Source of the DNA: Alphaproteobacteria bacterium
GTDB lineage: Bacteria; Pseudomonadota; Alphaproteobacteria; CALKHQ01
Reading direction: 5' to 3'
Length of the DNA stretch: 64,000 nt
NCBI GenBank assembly: GCA_965227515.1
Contig: CBDDFZ010000001.1
Coordinates: 1,408,001 to 1,472,000 of the forward strand
Numbering within the stretch: position 1 is the first letter of the stretch; each line of letters opens with the position of its first letter. A program made the translations under genes and the position numbers. Shown here in pieces: positions 39,515 through 49,568 of this stretch. The notes under the pieces are model-generated. The model did no database searches and was not told where the DNA came from. It saw only the letters and a list, made by a program, of their open reading frames with translations.

Positions 39515-40873
39515 ATGATCAAGACTTCGCTGCGTTGGACCACCGGTCTGACGGTCGGTGCCCTGGCGGCCGCCATGTGGGCGAGTGCCGCGTCGGCGCA
39601 AGAGCTGCGGTTCTGGACCACTGAGGAACAGCCGGAGCGGTTGGCCGTTCAAGAGGCCCAGGCGGCCGCGTTCGAAGAGGCGACCGGCATTTCGGTGCAG
39701 GTGATCCCGATCAGCGAAAGCGATCTGGGCGTCCGTGCGACGGCCGCGCTGGCCGGCAGCGATCTGCCCGACGTGATCTATTTCACGCTGCAGTACCTGT
39801 GGCCCTGGACCGAGGCCGGCATCCTGGATATCGACGCGGCACTCGACCTTGTCGACAGCCTGGGCGCCGACACGTTCTCCGCCGGCGCGCTGGCGATGGC
39901 CGAAGTGAATGGCGAGTACGCGGCCGTGCCGGTGGACGGCTGGACGCAAATGGTCGTCTACCGCAAGGACCTGTTCGCGGAAGCCGGCCTGGAGGCCCCG
40001 AACACCTACGCCAACATCACCGCCGCCCTCGACGCCCTGCACAATCCGCCGGACATGTACGGCTTCGTCGCCGCGACCAAGATCGACGAGAACTTCATGA
40101 GCCAGGTGCTGGAGCACGTGTTCCTGGCCAACGGCGTCTCCCCGGTCGACGAGAACGGCGTTGCCGCACTTGACGAGCCGGCCACGACCGAGGTGCTGGA
40201 GTTCTATAAGGCGATCGCCGATGCGTCGCCGGACGGCGAGCTCTACTGGCAGCAGTCGCGCGAGCTCTATTTCGCCGGCAAGGCGGCGATGATCATCTGG
40301 TCGCCGTTCATCATGGATGAGCTGGCCGGCCTGCGCGACAGCGCACCGCCGACCATCAACGACGATCCCACGTCGCGCGCGCTGGCCGATGCCACCGGGT
40401 TCGTCACCACCCTGTCCGGCCCCAGCAACCCGGACGGCGCCGCCTGGGCCGACCTGCGCTTCTTCGGCGTGACCCTGGATGCCGAGACCGATGCGGCGAT
40501 GCAGTTCGTCGAGTTCCTGATGGACGATGCCTATCTCGACACGCTGGCGATCGCGCCGGAGGGCAAGTTCCCGGTGCGCCACGGCAATGTCGACAACCCG
40601 ACCGCGTTTGTCGACGCCTGGGCGACGCTTGACGTGGGTGTCGACCGCCGCGCGCCATTGGCCGACCTCTACTCTGCCGACGTCATCGCCAATATCGTCG
40701 CCGGCCTGGAGACCGGCCAGCGTTGGGGCCTGAGTGAGGGTCAGCTCGGCGTGGCCTCCAACATCATCAACAGCCAGGTCATCAACCGGCTGGTGCGCGA
40801 ATACATCGACGGCGAGCGCGATGCCGCCGCGACGGTGGCGCTGATGAACGAAGAGCTGGCGGCTCTTCAGTAG
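39515..40873 (+). CDS. Sugar/solute ABC substrate-binding protein
   Basis: Signal peptide ASA|QE; LPDVI, YRKDLF, GKAAM. Confidence 0.9.
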   Translation: MIKTSLRWTTGLTVGALAAAMWASAASAQELRFWTTEEQPERLAVQEAQAAAFEEATGISVQVIPISESDLGVRATAALAGSDLPDVIYFTLQYLWPWTEAGILDIDAALDLVDSLGADTFSAGALAMAEVNGEYAAVPVDGWTQMVVYRKDLFAEAGLEAPNTYANITAALDALHNPPDMYGFVAATKIDENFMSQVLEHVFLANGVSPVDENGVAALDEPATTEVLEFYKAIADASPDGELYWQQSRELYFAGKAAMIIWSPFIMDELAGLRDSAPPTINDDPTSRALADATGFVTTLSGPSNPDGAAWADLRFFGVTLDAETDAAMQFVEFLMDDAYLDTLAIAPEGKFPVRHGNVDNPTAFVDAWATLDVGVDRRAPLADLYSADVIANIVAGLETGQRWGLSEGQLGVASNIINSQVINRLVREYIDGERDAAATVALMNEELAALQ

Positions 40874-40957
40874 TTAGGTATCGGGGGGCGCAAAGCCCCT
40901 TCGGCACGGCGGCCGACCATGCAGGTCGGCCGCCTGCGCCCGACGGAGGCGCAGATC

Positions 40958-42238
40958 ATGCCAAGGCCCAAGGTTTCAAAGATCGGCCCGATGACGCGGC
41001 GCGAACAGCGGTTCGCGTATCGGATGCTGTCGCCGACGATCCTGATTGTCGCCGCCATCGTCCTGCTGCCGCTGGTTGCCACCTTCTGGATCAGCTTCAA
41101 GTCGGTCGAGTTGAGCGACCTGCGGCCGGCCGAAGCGACGGTTCGCGAGCGCTTGCGCGGCGACCTGGTAGCGGCCGGCGACGCGGCTGAGCTGCAGTAC
41201 ACCCTGCGTAATACCTCGCCCAACCAGCCGGTGCTCAATGTCGCTTTGACAGACACATTGCCGGCGGGGCTGACCGTCGCGTCGGTCGACCCGAACTGCA
41301 CCGTGGACGGCGCTGCGATCGCGTGCGCGCTGGATGCCATCGAGGAGGGCGGGCGTGTCGTCCTGGCCCTGGGCGTCGTCGCCGGCGAAGCCTACGTCGC
41401 CGATCCGGCCGATCCACGCGATAGCGAGCCGGTGATCGCGAGCACCTCGCAGAATGCGCTCATCTCCGGCGACTGGACCTTCGAGAATTTCAGCCGCGTG
41501 TTCGATGCCCGCGAGTTCTGGGACGTGCTGTGGGTCACCTTTGCCTACACCTTCTTCGGCACCGCCGGCGCGCTGGTGCTGGGCCTGTTCGCGGCCCAGT
41601 TGCTGGACAAGGCGTTTGCCGGCCGCTCCATCCTGCGCGGCCTGTTTCTGTTCCCCTATGTGGCGCCTGTTATCGCCATGGCCTTCACCTGGCTGATCCT
41701 GCTCGACCCGACCAAGGGGTCGGTCAATAAGCTGCTGATGCAGATGGGCGCGATCGACGAGCCGATCAATTTCTTTGGCGTGCGCTACGTCGACGTTTCG
41801 ATCCTGGGCATCGAGTTCGGCTTTCCCATGGCGCTCTCGATGGTGATCGCGTTCGAGGCGTGGCGCTATTTCCCGCTGAGCTTCCTGTTCATTCTGGCGC
41901 GCAAGCAGTCGATCCCAACCGATATGTACGAGGCCGCCGACATGGACGGCGCCTCGCCGCTGCAGCAGTTCTGGGAACTGTCGCTGCCGCAATTGTTCGG
42001 CATCCTGTCGGTGCTGTTCCTGCTGCGCTTCATATGGACCTTCAACAAGTTCGACGACATCTTCCTGCTGACCGGCGGCGGGTCGGGCACGCGTACGTTG
42101 ACGGTCGACGTCTATGAGAAGGGTTTCGCGCTGAACAATCTGGGCGCCGGGGCCGCCGTCGCCGTGGTCGTGTTCATCATCCTGTTCACCCTGGCGATGC
42201 TCTACTTCCGCTCGATGCCGAAGGAGGAAGGGCTTTGA
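40958..42238 (+). CDS. Carbohydrate ABC permease (MalF-like) with inserted periplasmic DUF11/Ig-like domain
   Basis: MYEAADMDGA EAA loop; insertion YTLRN...V.LTDTLPAGLT...C....C after TM1. Confidence 0.85.
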   Translation: MPRPKVSKIGPMTRREQRFAYRMLSPTILIVAAIVLLPLVATFWISFKSVELSDLRPAEATVRERLRGDLVAAGDAAELQYTLRNTSPNQPVLNVALTDTLPAGLTVASVDPNCTVDGAAIACALDAIEEGGRVVLALGVVAGEAYVADPADPRDSEPVIASTSQNALISGDWTFENFSRVFDAREFWDVLWVTFAYTFFGTAGALVLGLFAAQLLDKAFAGRSILRGLFLFPYVAPVIAMAFTWLILLDPTKGSVNKLLMQMGAIDEPINFFGVRYVDVSILGIEFGFPMALSMVIAFEAWRYFPLSFLFILARKQSIPTDMYEAADMDGASPLQQFWELSLPQLFGILSVLFLLRFIWTFNKFDDIFLLTGGGSGTRTLTVDVYEKGFALNNLGAGAAVAVVVFIILFTLAMLYFRSMPKEEGL

Positions 42239-43476
42239 GCGCCGGCGCGAGCATGGGCTGGGCGGTCGGGCTCACCGTCGCCTACGGCCTGTTCTGGGGG
42301 CTGGTGGTCAGCCTGCTGGTGGCGGTCGGCCTGGCATTCGCCACCGGGCTGGGCGTGCAGCCCGACATCGGCGCCGGCATCCTGGCCGGCATCGCGGCGG
42401 CGTTGTGCCTGGTCTTCCGTCCACAGCACCTGCGCACCATGCCGTACCTGCTGATCATGGTCGCCGTCGTCATGGTGGCGGTGGTCGCGGTCGGCTTCGG
42501 CGCGCCGTTCGCGGTGTCGCTCGACCAGTCGCCGGTGTCGCAGGTCGTGGCGCTGATCGTATTGGGCCTGGGGCTGGTCTGGGTGCTGCACACGACCCTG
42601 AAGCCGCTGGCGACGTCCGAGGTGAACCGGCGCAAGATCGAGCTGTCGATGATCGCCAGCATGCGCGCGTTCGGCTTCGTGGTGTTCACCGCCGTCGTGG
42701 TGCTGCCGTTCTACGTCATGGTGATGACCAGCCTTAAGAACGAGGCCGAACTGGTCCTGAACCCGCTGGACTTCTCCATCGACCTGGGCCAGGGCTTCAG
42801 CGGCCTGTTCAGCAGCTATATCGAGCTGTTCACCAAGTACGACTTCGGCAGTTTCCTGCTGATATCGGCCATCGTGTCGGTGTGCACCGTGATCGTCACG
42901 CTGCTGTTCGCTGTGCCGGGGGCCTATGCGGTGGCGCGCATGCGGTTCCGTGGCCGGGCGGCGTTCTCGCGCGGCATCCTGATGATCTACATGGTGCCGG
43001 CGATCGTGCTGGTGATCCCGCTCTATGCGGTGTTCAGCCAGCTCGGCCTGCGCAATTCCATCATCGGCCTGTTGATCGTCTATCCGGCGACCACTCTGCC
43101 GGTGGCGCTCTACATGCTGCAGGGCTATTTCCGCGGCCTGCCGTTCGAGCTGGAAGAGGCTGGCCAGATGGACGGCTACAAGCGCCTGGCGGTGATCTGG
43201 CACATCACCCTGCCGCTCAGCATGCCGGCGCTGGCGACGGTCTCGCTCTACGTGTTCATGATCGCGTGGAACGAGTTCCTGTTCGCCTTCATGTTCCTGG
43301 ACGACACCGACGTCTTCACGCTTTCGCGCGGCATCGTCTCGCTGAATTCGTCGGAGGTGCCGCGCCAGCACCTGATGGCGGGCGCGGTGATCGCGACGGT
43401 GCCGATCCTGATCATCTTCCTGTGGGCCGAGCGGTTCCTGGTGCAGGGCCTGACGTCGGGCGGCGTGAAGGGATAG
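42235..43476 (+). CDS. Carbohydrate ABC permease (MalG-like) with extra N-terminal TM helices
   Basis: ELEEAGQMDG, AWNEFLFA, GLTSGGVKG; about 140-aa hydrophobic N-extension; TTG overlaps the upstream stop. Confidence 0.85.
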   Translation: MSAGASMGWAVGLTVAYGLFWGLVVSLLVAVGLAFATGLGVQPDIGAGILAGIAAALCLVFRPQHLRTMPYLLIMVAVVMVAVVAVGFGAPFAVSLDQSPVSQVVALIVLGLGLVWVLHTTLKPLATSEVNRRKIELSMIASMRAFGFVVFTAVVVLPFYVMVMTSLKNEAELVLNPLDFSIDLGQGFSGLFSSYIELFTKYDFGSFLLISAIVSVCTVIVTLLFAVPGAYAVARMRFRGRAAFSRGILMIYMVPAIVLVIPLYAVFSQLGLRNSIIGLLIVYPATTLPVALYMLQGYFRGLPFELEEAGQMDGYKRLAVIWHITLPLSMPALATVSLYVFMIAWNEFLFAFMFLDDTDVFTLSRGIVSLNSSEVPRQHLMAGAVIATVPILIIFLWAERFLVQGLTSGGVKG

Positions 43477-43483
43477 GGCGGAC

Positions 43484-44776
43484 ATGTCGGAAACGATGCA
43501 CGACATCGCGATGCAACGCCGGGGCGAGGCGCTGGAGGTGCTGCGGCGCAATGACCGCGGCGAGTACTCGGTGCCGACCCATGGCCTCTATCCCATGCAG
43601 TTCAATTGGGATTCCGCGTTCTCGGCCTTGGGCTACGGCTATTTGGACCTGGCGCGCGCGTGGCGCGAGCTGGAGATCCTGACCGAGGCGCAGTGGCCCG
43701 ACGGCATGATCCCGCATGTCATGTTCAGGGGCGGTCACGACAGCTATTTTCCCGGGCCGGCGGTGTGGCAAGCCGGAACGACGTTGCCGACGTCCGGCAT
43801 CACCCAGCCGCCCTATCTGGCAACGGCGTTTCGCCGGCTGCATGTGCGCCACGGCCCGATCGAGCGGGATCGCGGGCAGGCCATGCTGGGCCGCGTCCTG
43901 CGCTGGCACCAATGGTTCCTGGCCGCGCGCAGGGACGAAGGTTCAGGCACCATCATCGCGACCCATCCCTGGGAGTCCGGCCGCGACAACCTGGTCGATT
44001 GGGACGCCGCCATGGATCGCGTGGAGGTGTCGGTCACCGAGCCCTACAAGCGCCGTGACCTGGACCATGTCGACGCGGCTGAGCGACCGACCAAGGACCA
44101 GTACGACCGCTATCTGTCGATCGTCGCCCATGGCGTCTCGCAGGGCTGGGATCAGGCGGTCTTCGGTCGCACGTCTCCGTTCCGCATGGCCGACCCGGGC
44201 ATGACCGCCATCCTGCTGCGTGCCCACCGCGATCTGATCGCCCTGCTGCCAGCCTACGGCTTGGACGACCAAATGGGCGCGGCGACCGCGCTGCTGCCGG
44301 CCATGGAGCGTGGCCTGGAGGGCCTGTGGAACAGCCAGATCGGCGCCTACACCGCCTTCGATCCGGTCGAACGGCGCCATGTCGGCGGCGTTTCGTCGGC
44401 GGCGTTTCTCGGTCCCTATGCTGGCGTCTGCGACCCGGACCGCATCGTCCCGTTGCAGGCCCACTTCGATCGCATCGCGGCACGGTCACGGTTCATGGTG
44501 CCCAGCTACGACCCGGAGAGCGCGCACTTCGATGCCAAGCGCTATTGGCGCGGTCCGGTCTGGCTGATCGTCAACAACATGATCGCCACCGGCTTTGCCG
44601 ACATTGGCGACCACGAGCGCGCGGCGCGCATCCGGCAGGATTCCCGCGAACTCGTCGAGCGCGCCGGTTTTCGCGAGTACTACGATCCGATTACCGGCGA
44701 AGGGTTGGGCGGCGGTGCATTCAGTTGGACGGCCGCCATGTATCTGGACTGGGTTCTGGAAGGCGCTGGAGACTGA
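43484..44776 (+). CDS. GH63-type glycoside hydrolase (mannosyl/glucosylglycerate hydrolase-like)
   Basis: LYP.Q.NWDSAF, GM.PH, TSGITQPP, HPWESG.DN, YWRGPVW, F.EYY, FSWTAA. Confidence 0.85.
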   Translation: MSETMHDIAMQRRGEALEVLRRNDRGEYSVPTHGLYPMQFNWDSAFSALGYGYLDLARAWRELEILTEAQWPDGMIPHVMFRGGHDSYFPGPAVWQAGTTLPTSGITQPPYLATAFRRLHVRHGPIERDRGQAMLGRVLRWHQWFLAARRDEGSGTIIATHPWESGRDNLVDWDAAMDRVEVSVTEPYKRRDLDHVDAAERPTKDQYDRYLSIVAHGVSQGWDQAVFGRTSPFRMADPGMTAILLRAHRDLIALLPAYGLDDQMGAATALLPAMERGLEGLWNSQIGAYTAFDPVERRHVGGVSSAAFLGPYAGVCDPDRIVPLQAHFDRIAARSRFMVPSYDPESAHFDAKRYWRGPVWLIVNNMIATGFADIGDHERAARIRQDSRELVERAGFREYYDPITGEGLGGGAFSWTAAMYLDWVLEGAGD

Positions 44777-44777
44777 T

Positions 44778-45857
44778 ATGGCGGAAATTTCCCTCACGGG
44801 CCTCCACAAGGCGTTTGGGTCCGTGCAAGTCATCAAGGGTGTCGATCTGGAAATCGGCGACCGGGAGTTCGTCGTCTTCGTCGGCCCGTCGGGCTGCGGC
44901 AAGTCGACGATGCTGCGGTTGATCGCCGGCCTTGAGGAGGCGACGTCGGGCAACATCGTGATCGGCGGCAAGGACGTCACCGCGCTGTCCGCCTCCGAGC
45001 GGCAGTTGGCGATGGTCTTCCAGTCTTATGCGCTCTATCCGCACAAGACGGTGGGCGAGAACATGGCTTTCCCCTTGAAGGTCACCCGTAAGTCGAAGGC
45101 GGAAATCGCGTCTGCCGTGCAAGAGGCGGCGGAGTCGCTGCAGCTCGGCCCGCTGCTCAACCGCAAACCGAAGGAGTTGTCCGGCGGCCAACGCCAGCGT
45201 GTCGCCATCGGACGGTCGATCGTGCGCGACCCCAGGGCATTCCTGTTCGACGAGCCGTTGTCGAACCTGGACGCCGCCCTGCGGGTGCAAATGCGGGTGG
45301 AGATCGCCCGCCTGCACAAGCGGCTCGATGCCACCATGATCTACGTCACCCACGACCAGGTCGAGGCGATGACCCTGGCCGACCGCATCGTCGTGTTCTC
45401 CGGCGGCGTCATCGAGCAGGTGGGGCCGCCGTTGGAGCTCTACCGCAACCCGTCCAACCTGTTCGTCGCAACCTTCCTCGGCTCTCCGAAGATGAACATC
45501 CTGGACTGCCGGCCGTCTGACGGGTCAGGCGCCACGGTGACGCTGCCCGACGGGGTCTCGGTCATGACGCAACGTTCCGTCAGCGGCGCGGAAGCGCCAG
45601 CGCATGTCGGCATCCGGCCCGAACACATCGAGCTGGTCGATGACGGCCAGGGCAACGTCAATGGCGTCATTGGGGTTGCCGAGCACCTGGGCGGCGACAG
45701 CTACCTCTATGTCGATATCGAGAACGTCGGCACGGTGGTTGTGCGCGCCGCCGGGGACTGCGGGCTGAAGGACGGCGACCGGGTCCACCTGCGCTTCCGC
45801 GAGGAACACGTCCACCTGTTCGGCGCCAGCGAGAAGGCGCTTACCAGCTTGCCCTAG
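44778..45857 (+). CDS. Sugar ABC ATPase (MalK/UgpC-like)
   Basis: GPSGCGKS, VFQSYALYPH, LSGGQRQR, DEPLSNLDA, YVTHDQ.EAM, TOBE tail. Confidence 0.95.
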   Translation: MAEISLTGLHKAFGSVQVIKGVDLEIGDREFVVFVGPSGCGKSTMLRLIAGLEEATSGNIVIGGKDVTALSASERQLAMVFQSYALYPHKTVGENMAFPLKVTRKSKAEIASAVQEAAESLQLGPLLNRKPKELSGGQRQRVAIGRSIVRDPRAFLFDEPLSNLDAALRVQMRVEIARLHKRLDATMIYVTHDQVEAMTLADRIVVFSGGVIEQVGPPLELYRNPSNLFVATFLGSPKMNILDCRPSDGSGATVTLPDGVSVMTQRSVSGAEAPAHVGIRPEHIELVDDGQGNVNGVIGVAEHLGGDSYLYVDIENVGTVVVRAAGDCGLKDGDRVHLRFREEHVHLFGASEKALTSLP

Positions 45858-46220
45858 CAGGCTGCCGAGCAACTCCGAAGCGGCCGCGAAGCATGAACAC
45901 TTCGCGACGCGGTTAGGCGCAAAATGTTCAGCTTCCAGAACGGGTTACGGCCCGATTGCGGGCCTGGTCCGTCGTGCCGGCTGACCGATGCATCCAGCAT
46001 CGCTGTCGCCCATTGGTCCATGGGCACGCCCGCCGTTCGCGCAATCGGGCCCGTAGCGCCGTCCTTCCGTCGTTGCTGAACAGCCTGCGACAGGCGTTGG
46101 TCGAAGCGCTTGAGATGCGTTTCCCAAACCCGGAAGCTGACGGCAACACCATATGAGAGTTTGCGGATGGGGCGTGCGTGCGCTCTTTCGATCCCCTGAC
46201 TGGAGAGGGAACCGACGCAA

Positions 46221-48968
46221 ATGGCTGCTCTACAGCCCCGCGACGCATCTGAGGCCCGGCCGAACGACCCGACCGATAAGCCGTTGTTTCATGCTGTGTC
46301 GGCCGATGACGCCGTCTCCCTGCAGCAAAGCCGTCAGAACGGCCTGACAGAAACCGAAGCGCAGGAGCGTCTGGCGCGTTTTGGCTTGAACCGGCTGCCA
46401 GAGCCGGCCAAGCGAAGCCCGCTGGTCCGCTTTCTCCTGCATTTCCACAATATCCTCATCTACGTGCTTCTCGGCTCCGCCATCATCACGGCGGCCCTGG
46501 GGCATCTGGTCGACACGCTCGTGATCCTCGCCGTGGTCATCGTCAATGGCGCGATCGGCTTTGTGCAGGAGGGCAAGGCGGAAAAGGCGATGGATGCCAT
46601 CCGCCATATGCTTGCCCAGAAAGCATCGGTGCTGCGCGACGAGGTTCGGCGTTCGGTCGAAGGCGAAGCGTTGGTGCCCGGCGATATCGTCCTGCTCGAG
46701 GCCGGGGACAAGGTGCCGGCGGACCTCCGGCTGCTTCGCGTGAACGGGCTCCACGTCCAGGAAGCGATCCTCACCGGCGAATCCGTTCCGGTCGAGAAAC
46801 ACACGCACCCCGTCGATGAAGCGGCGTCCCTCGGCGACCGCGGGTGCATGGCATTCAGCGGCACGCTCGTCACCAGCGGGCTAGGACGCGGCGTCGTCGT
46901 GGCGACCGGAGCCGACACGCAGATCGGCCGCATCAGCGGCATCCTTTCCACCGTCCAGACGTTGACGACGCCGCTGCTCCGGCAGATGAACGCATTTGCA
47001 CGCTGGCTGACGATTTTCATTCTGCTGATCGCCGCTGTGCTTCTCGTCTTCGGCTATTTCGTCGAGCATTTCGAGTTTGCCGAAATGTTCATGGCCGTGG
47101 TCGGCCTCTTCGTCGCCGCCATTCCCGAAGGCCTGCCTGCCGTCTTGACCATCACGCTTGCCGTCGGCGTGCAGGCGATGGCGCGCCGTCACGCCATTGT
47201 CCGGCGCTTGCCCACCATCGAGACGCTGGGATCGGTGTCGGTCATCTGCACCGACAAGACGGGCACGCTGACGCGTAACGAGATGATGGTGGCCTCCGTC
47301 GTGACGGATGCCCATGTCTTTTCGCTCGGCGGGGAGGGATACGAACCCAAGGGGGAGATCAGGCTCAACGCCGCCGCTGTGAGCGCGCGGGAACATGCCA
47401 TCCTGCACGAAATCGGTCGGGCGGCCGCTCTCTGCAACGACGCCTCCCTGCATCAGCGCGACGGCGGCTGGGTGGTCGAGGGCGATCCGATGGAAGGGGC
47501 CCTGCTGGCCCTGTCCGGCAAGGTCGGCATCGATACCCGCAGCGAACTCGCCTCATGGACGCGAACCGACGTCATTCCGTTCGACGCCAAGCACCGCTTC
47601 ATGGCGACGCTGAATCATGACCGTGAAAGCCACGCATTCGTCGCGGTAAAGGGTGCGCCCGAGCAGATCGTCCGCATGTGTGACAGGCAGCGCACGACCA
47701 GTAACGGCCTGACGGCCATCGACGAGCGATACTGGCAAGAAAAGGCCGAGGCAATCGCCGCCCAAGGGCAACGCGTTCTGGCCTTCGCCGTGAAACCGGT
47801 GCCGCCCGAGCACACGGCGATCGAGTTCCTCGATGTCGAGGACGGGCTGGTTCTGATCGGCCTTGTCGGGCTGCTCGATCCGCCGCGCCCCGAAACCGTC
47901 GACGCCATCGCGGAATGTCATGGCGCGGGCATACGCGTGAAGATGATCACGGGCGATCACAGGGGCACGGCGGCGGCCATCGGGAAACAGATCAGACTGC
48001 AAAATCCCGGCGCGGTTCTGACCGGAGCCGATCTCGACCAAATGGACGATTCCGCGCTGGCGGCCGCTGTTCTGAATACGGACATTTTTGCCCGCACCAG
48101 TCCGGAGCACAAACTGCGCCTCGTCATGGCCCTGCAATCCCACGGCATGACCGTCGCCATGACCGGGGACGGCGTCAACGACGCGCCCGCGCTGAAACGT
48201 GCCGATGCCGGGATCGCCATGGGCCTCAAAGGCAGCGAGGCGGCGAAAGAAGCGGCCGAATTCGTCCTGGCCGACGACAACTTCGCCTCGATCACGGCCG
48301 CCGTTAGGGAAGGGCGTACCGTCTACGACAATATCAAGAAGGTCATCAGCTGGACGCTCCCGACCAATGCAGGCGAAGCCATGACCATCGTCGTGGCGTT
48401 GCTGTTGGGAATGACGCTGCCGATCACGCCGATACAGATACTCTGGATCAACTTGATCACGGCGATCACGCTCGGCATTGCGCTGGCGTTCGAGCCGACC
48501 GAATCCGGCACCATGCGCCGCCCGCCGCGACCCAGAAACGAGCCGCTGCTGTCCGGCGCGTTGGCGTGGCACATCGTTCTGGTGTCGACGTTGTTTCTGG
48601 GCGGCGTGTTTGGCATGTACGCCTATGCGGTCGATAAGGGCTACTCCATCGACCTCGCGCGCACCATCGCGATGAACACGCTGGTGGTGATGGAGATATT
48701 CCACCTGTTCTTTGCCCGGAATATCTACGGCACATCGCTGACATGGAAAGCCGTCAGGGGCACGAAGGTGGTCTGGGCAACGGTGATCGGTGTGACCGCC
48801 GCGCAACTCGCCATCACCTATCTGCCGCCGCTGCAAACGGTGTTCGCCACGGTCGCCGTTCCGTTTTGGGACGGCGTGTTGATCGTCGGTGTCGGCATCG
48901 TGTTGTTTGCGATCATCGAAACGGAAAAGCAGCTTCGTCTGCGCATACGCCAGATTCGTTCAGCGTAA
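46221..48968 (+). CDS. P-type (P2A, Ca2+-like) cation-transporting ATPase
   Basis: TGES, IPEGL, DKTGTLT, KGAPE, MITGDH, MTGDGVNDAPALK. Confidence 0.95.
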   Translation: MAALQPRDASEARPNDPTDKPLFHAVSADDAVSLQQSRQNGLTETEAQERLARFGLNRLPEPAKRSPLVRFLLHFHNILIYVLLGSAIITAALGHLVDTLVILAVVIVNGAIGFVQEGKAEKAMDAIRHMLAQKASVLRDEVRRSVEGEALVPGDIVLLEAGDKVPADLRLLRVNGLHVQEAILTGESVPVEKHTHPVDEAASLGDRGCMAFSGTLVTSGLGRGVVVATGADTQIGRISGILSTVQTLTTPLLRQMNAFARWLTIFILLIAAVLLVFGYFVEHFEFAEMFMAVVGLFVAAIPEGLPAVLTITLAVGVQAMARRHAIVRRLPTIETLGSVSVICTDKTGTLTRNEMMVASVVTDAHVFSLGGEGYEPKGEIRLNAAAVSAREHAILHEIGRAAALCNDASLHQRDGGWVVEGDPMEGALLALSGKVGIDTRSELASWTRTDVIPFDAKHRFMATLNHDRESHAFVAVKGAPEQIVRMCDRQRTTSNGLTAIDERYWQEKAEAIAAQGQRVLAFAVKPVPPEHTAIEFLDVEDGLVLIGLVGLLDPPRPETVDAIAECHGAGIRVKMITGDHRGTAAAIGKQIRLQNPGAVLTGADLDQMDDSALAAAVLNTDIFARTSPEHKLRLVMALQSHGMTVAMTGDGVNDAPALKRADAGIAMGLKGSEAAKEAAEFVLADDNFASITAAVREGRTVYDNIKKVISWTLPTNAGEAMTIVVALLLGMTLPITPIQILWINLITAITLGIALAFEPTESGTMRRPPRPRNEPLLSGALAWHIVLVSTLFLGGVFGMYAYAVDKGYSIDLARTIAMNTLVVMEIFHLFFARNIYGTSLTWKAVRGTKVVWATVIGVTAAQLAITYLPPLQTVFATVAVPFWDGVLIVGVGIVLFAIIETEKQLRLRIRQIRSA

Positions 48969-48990
48969 GGATCGGGAGCACGGCTAGAGC

Positions 48991-49557
48991 CTTTTCCGCC
49001 AGTCGGTGTACGGGCGTCTCGCCGGGTACGAGGATGTCTACGACGCCGAGCGGCTCGGACGCGACCCTGCCATGCGCTGGGGCATTCGCCGCCAACGCCG
49101 TCCGGCCGCAGCTGCATGCGCTGGCCTACAACCTCGCCAACTTCATGCGCACCCTGGCGTTTCCCGATGCCGTCGAGAAGTGGACGCTGACGACGCTCAG
49201 GGCAAAGCTTGTCAAGATCGGTGCCAGGATCGTCCGCCACGGCCGCTACGTGATCTTCCAGTTGGCCGAGGTCGCCGTCCCGCGTCACCTATTCGCTGAC
49301 ATCCTGCGTCGCATCGACCGGCTCAGACCGAAACTTGTACCGTCATGATCGGCGGCAACCAGTTCCTCCATGCCGACGACTGCGTCGGTCCGGCCCGAAC
49401 CTGCACGAACGGGCCGTTTCCTGCCGTTGTCGGACAACGACAGCGTTCCTGCCATTTGAAAAGCTCGCGGCTCCCCGGCATTCGCCATTGGGCTCGCGCG
49501 TTGAGCCAATCAGAGTCACCTTTGCTCACCGGAACAGGTCCACATGGGGAATCCCGG
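48991..49557 (+). mobile_element. IS1380-family remnant: internally deleted transposase plus right end
   Basis: RQSVYGRLAGYED..DAERL..DPAMRW joined near 49080 to FAANAVR.QLHALAYNL.NF.R...LR.KL.KIGA..VRHGRY; terminal CATGGGGAATCCCGG at 49543-49557. Confidence 0.8.
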
Positions 49558-49568
49558 TCAAAAGCACA

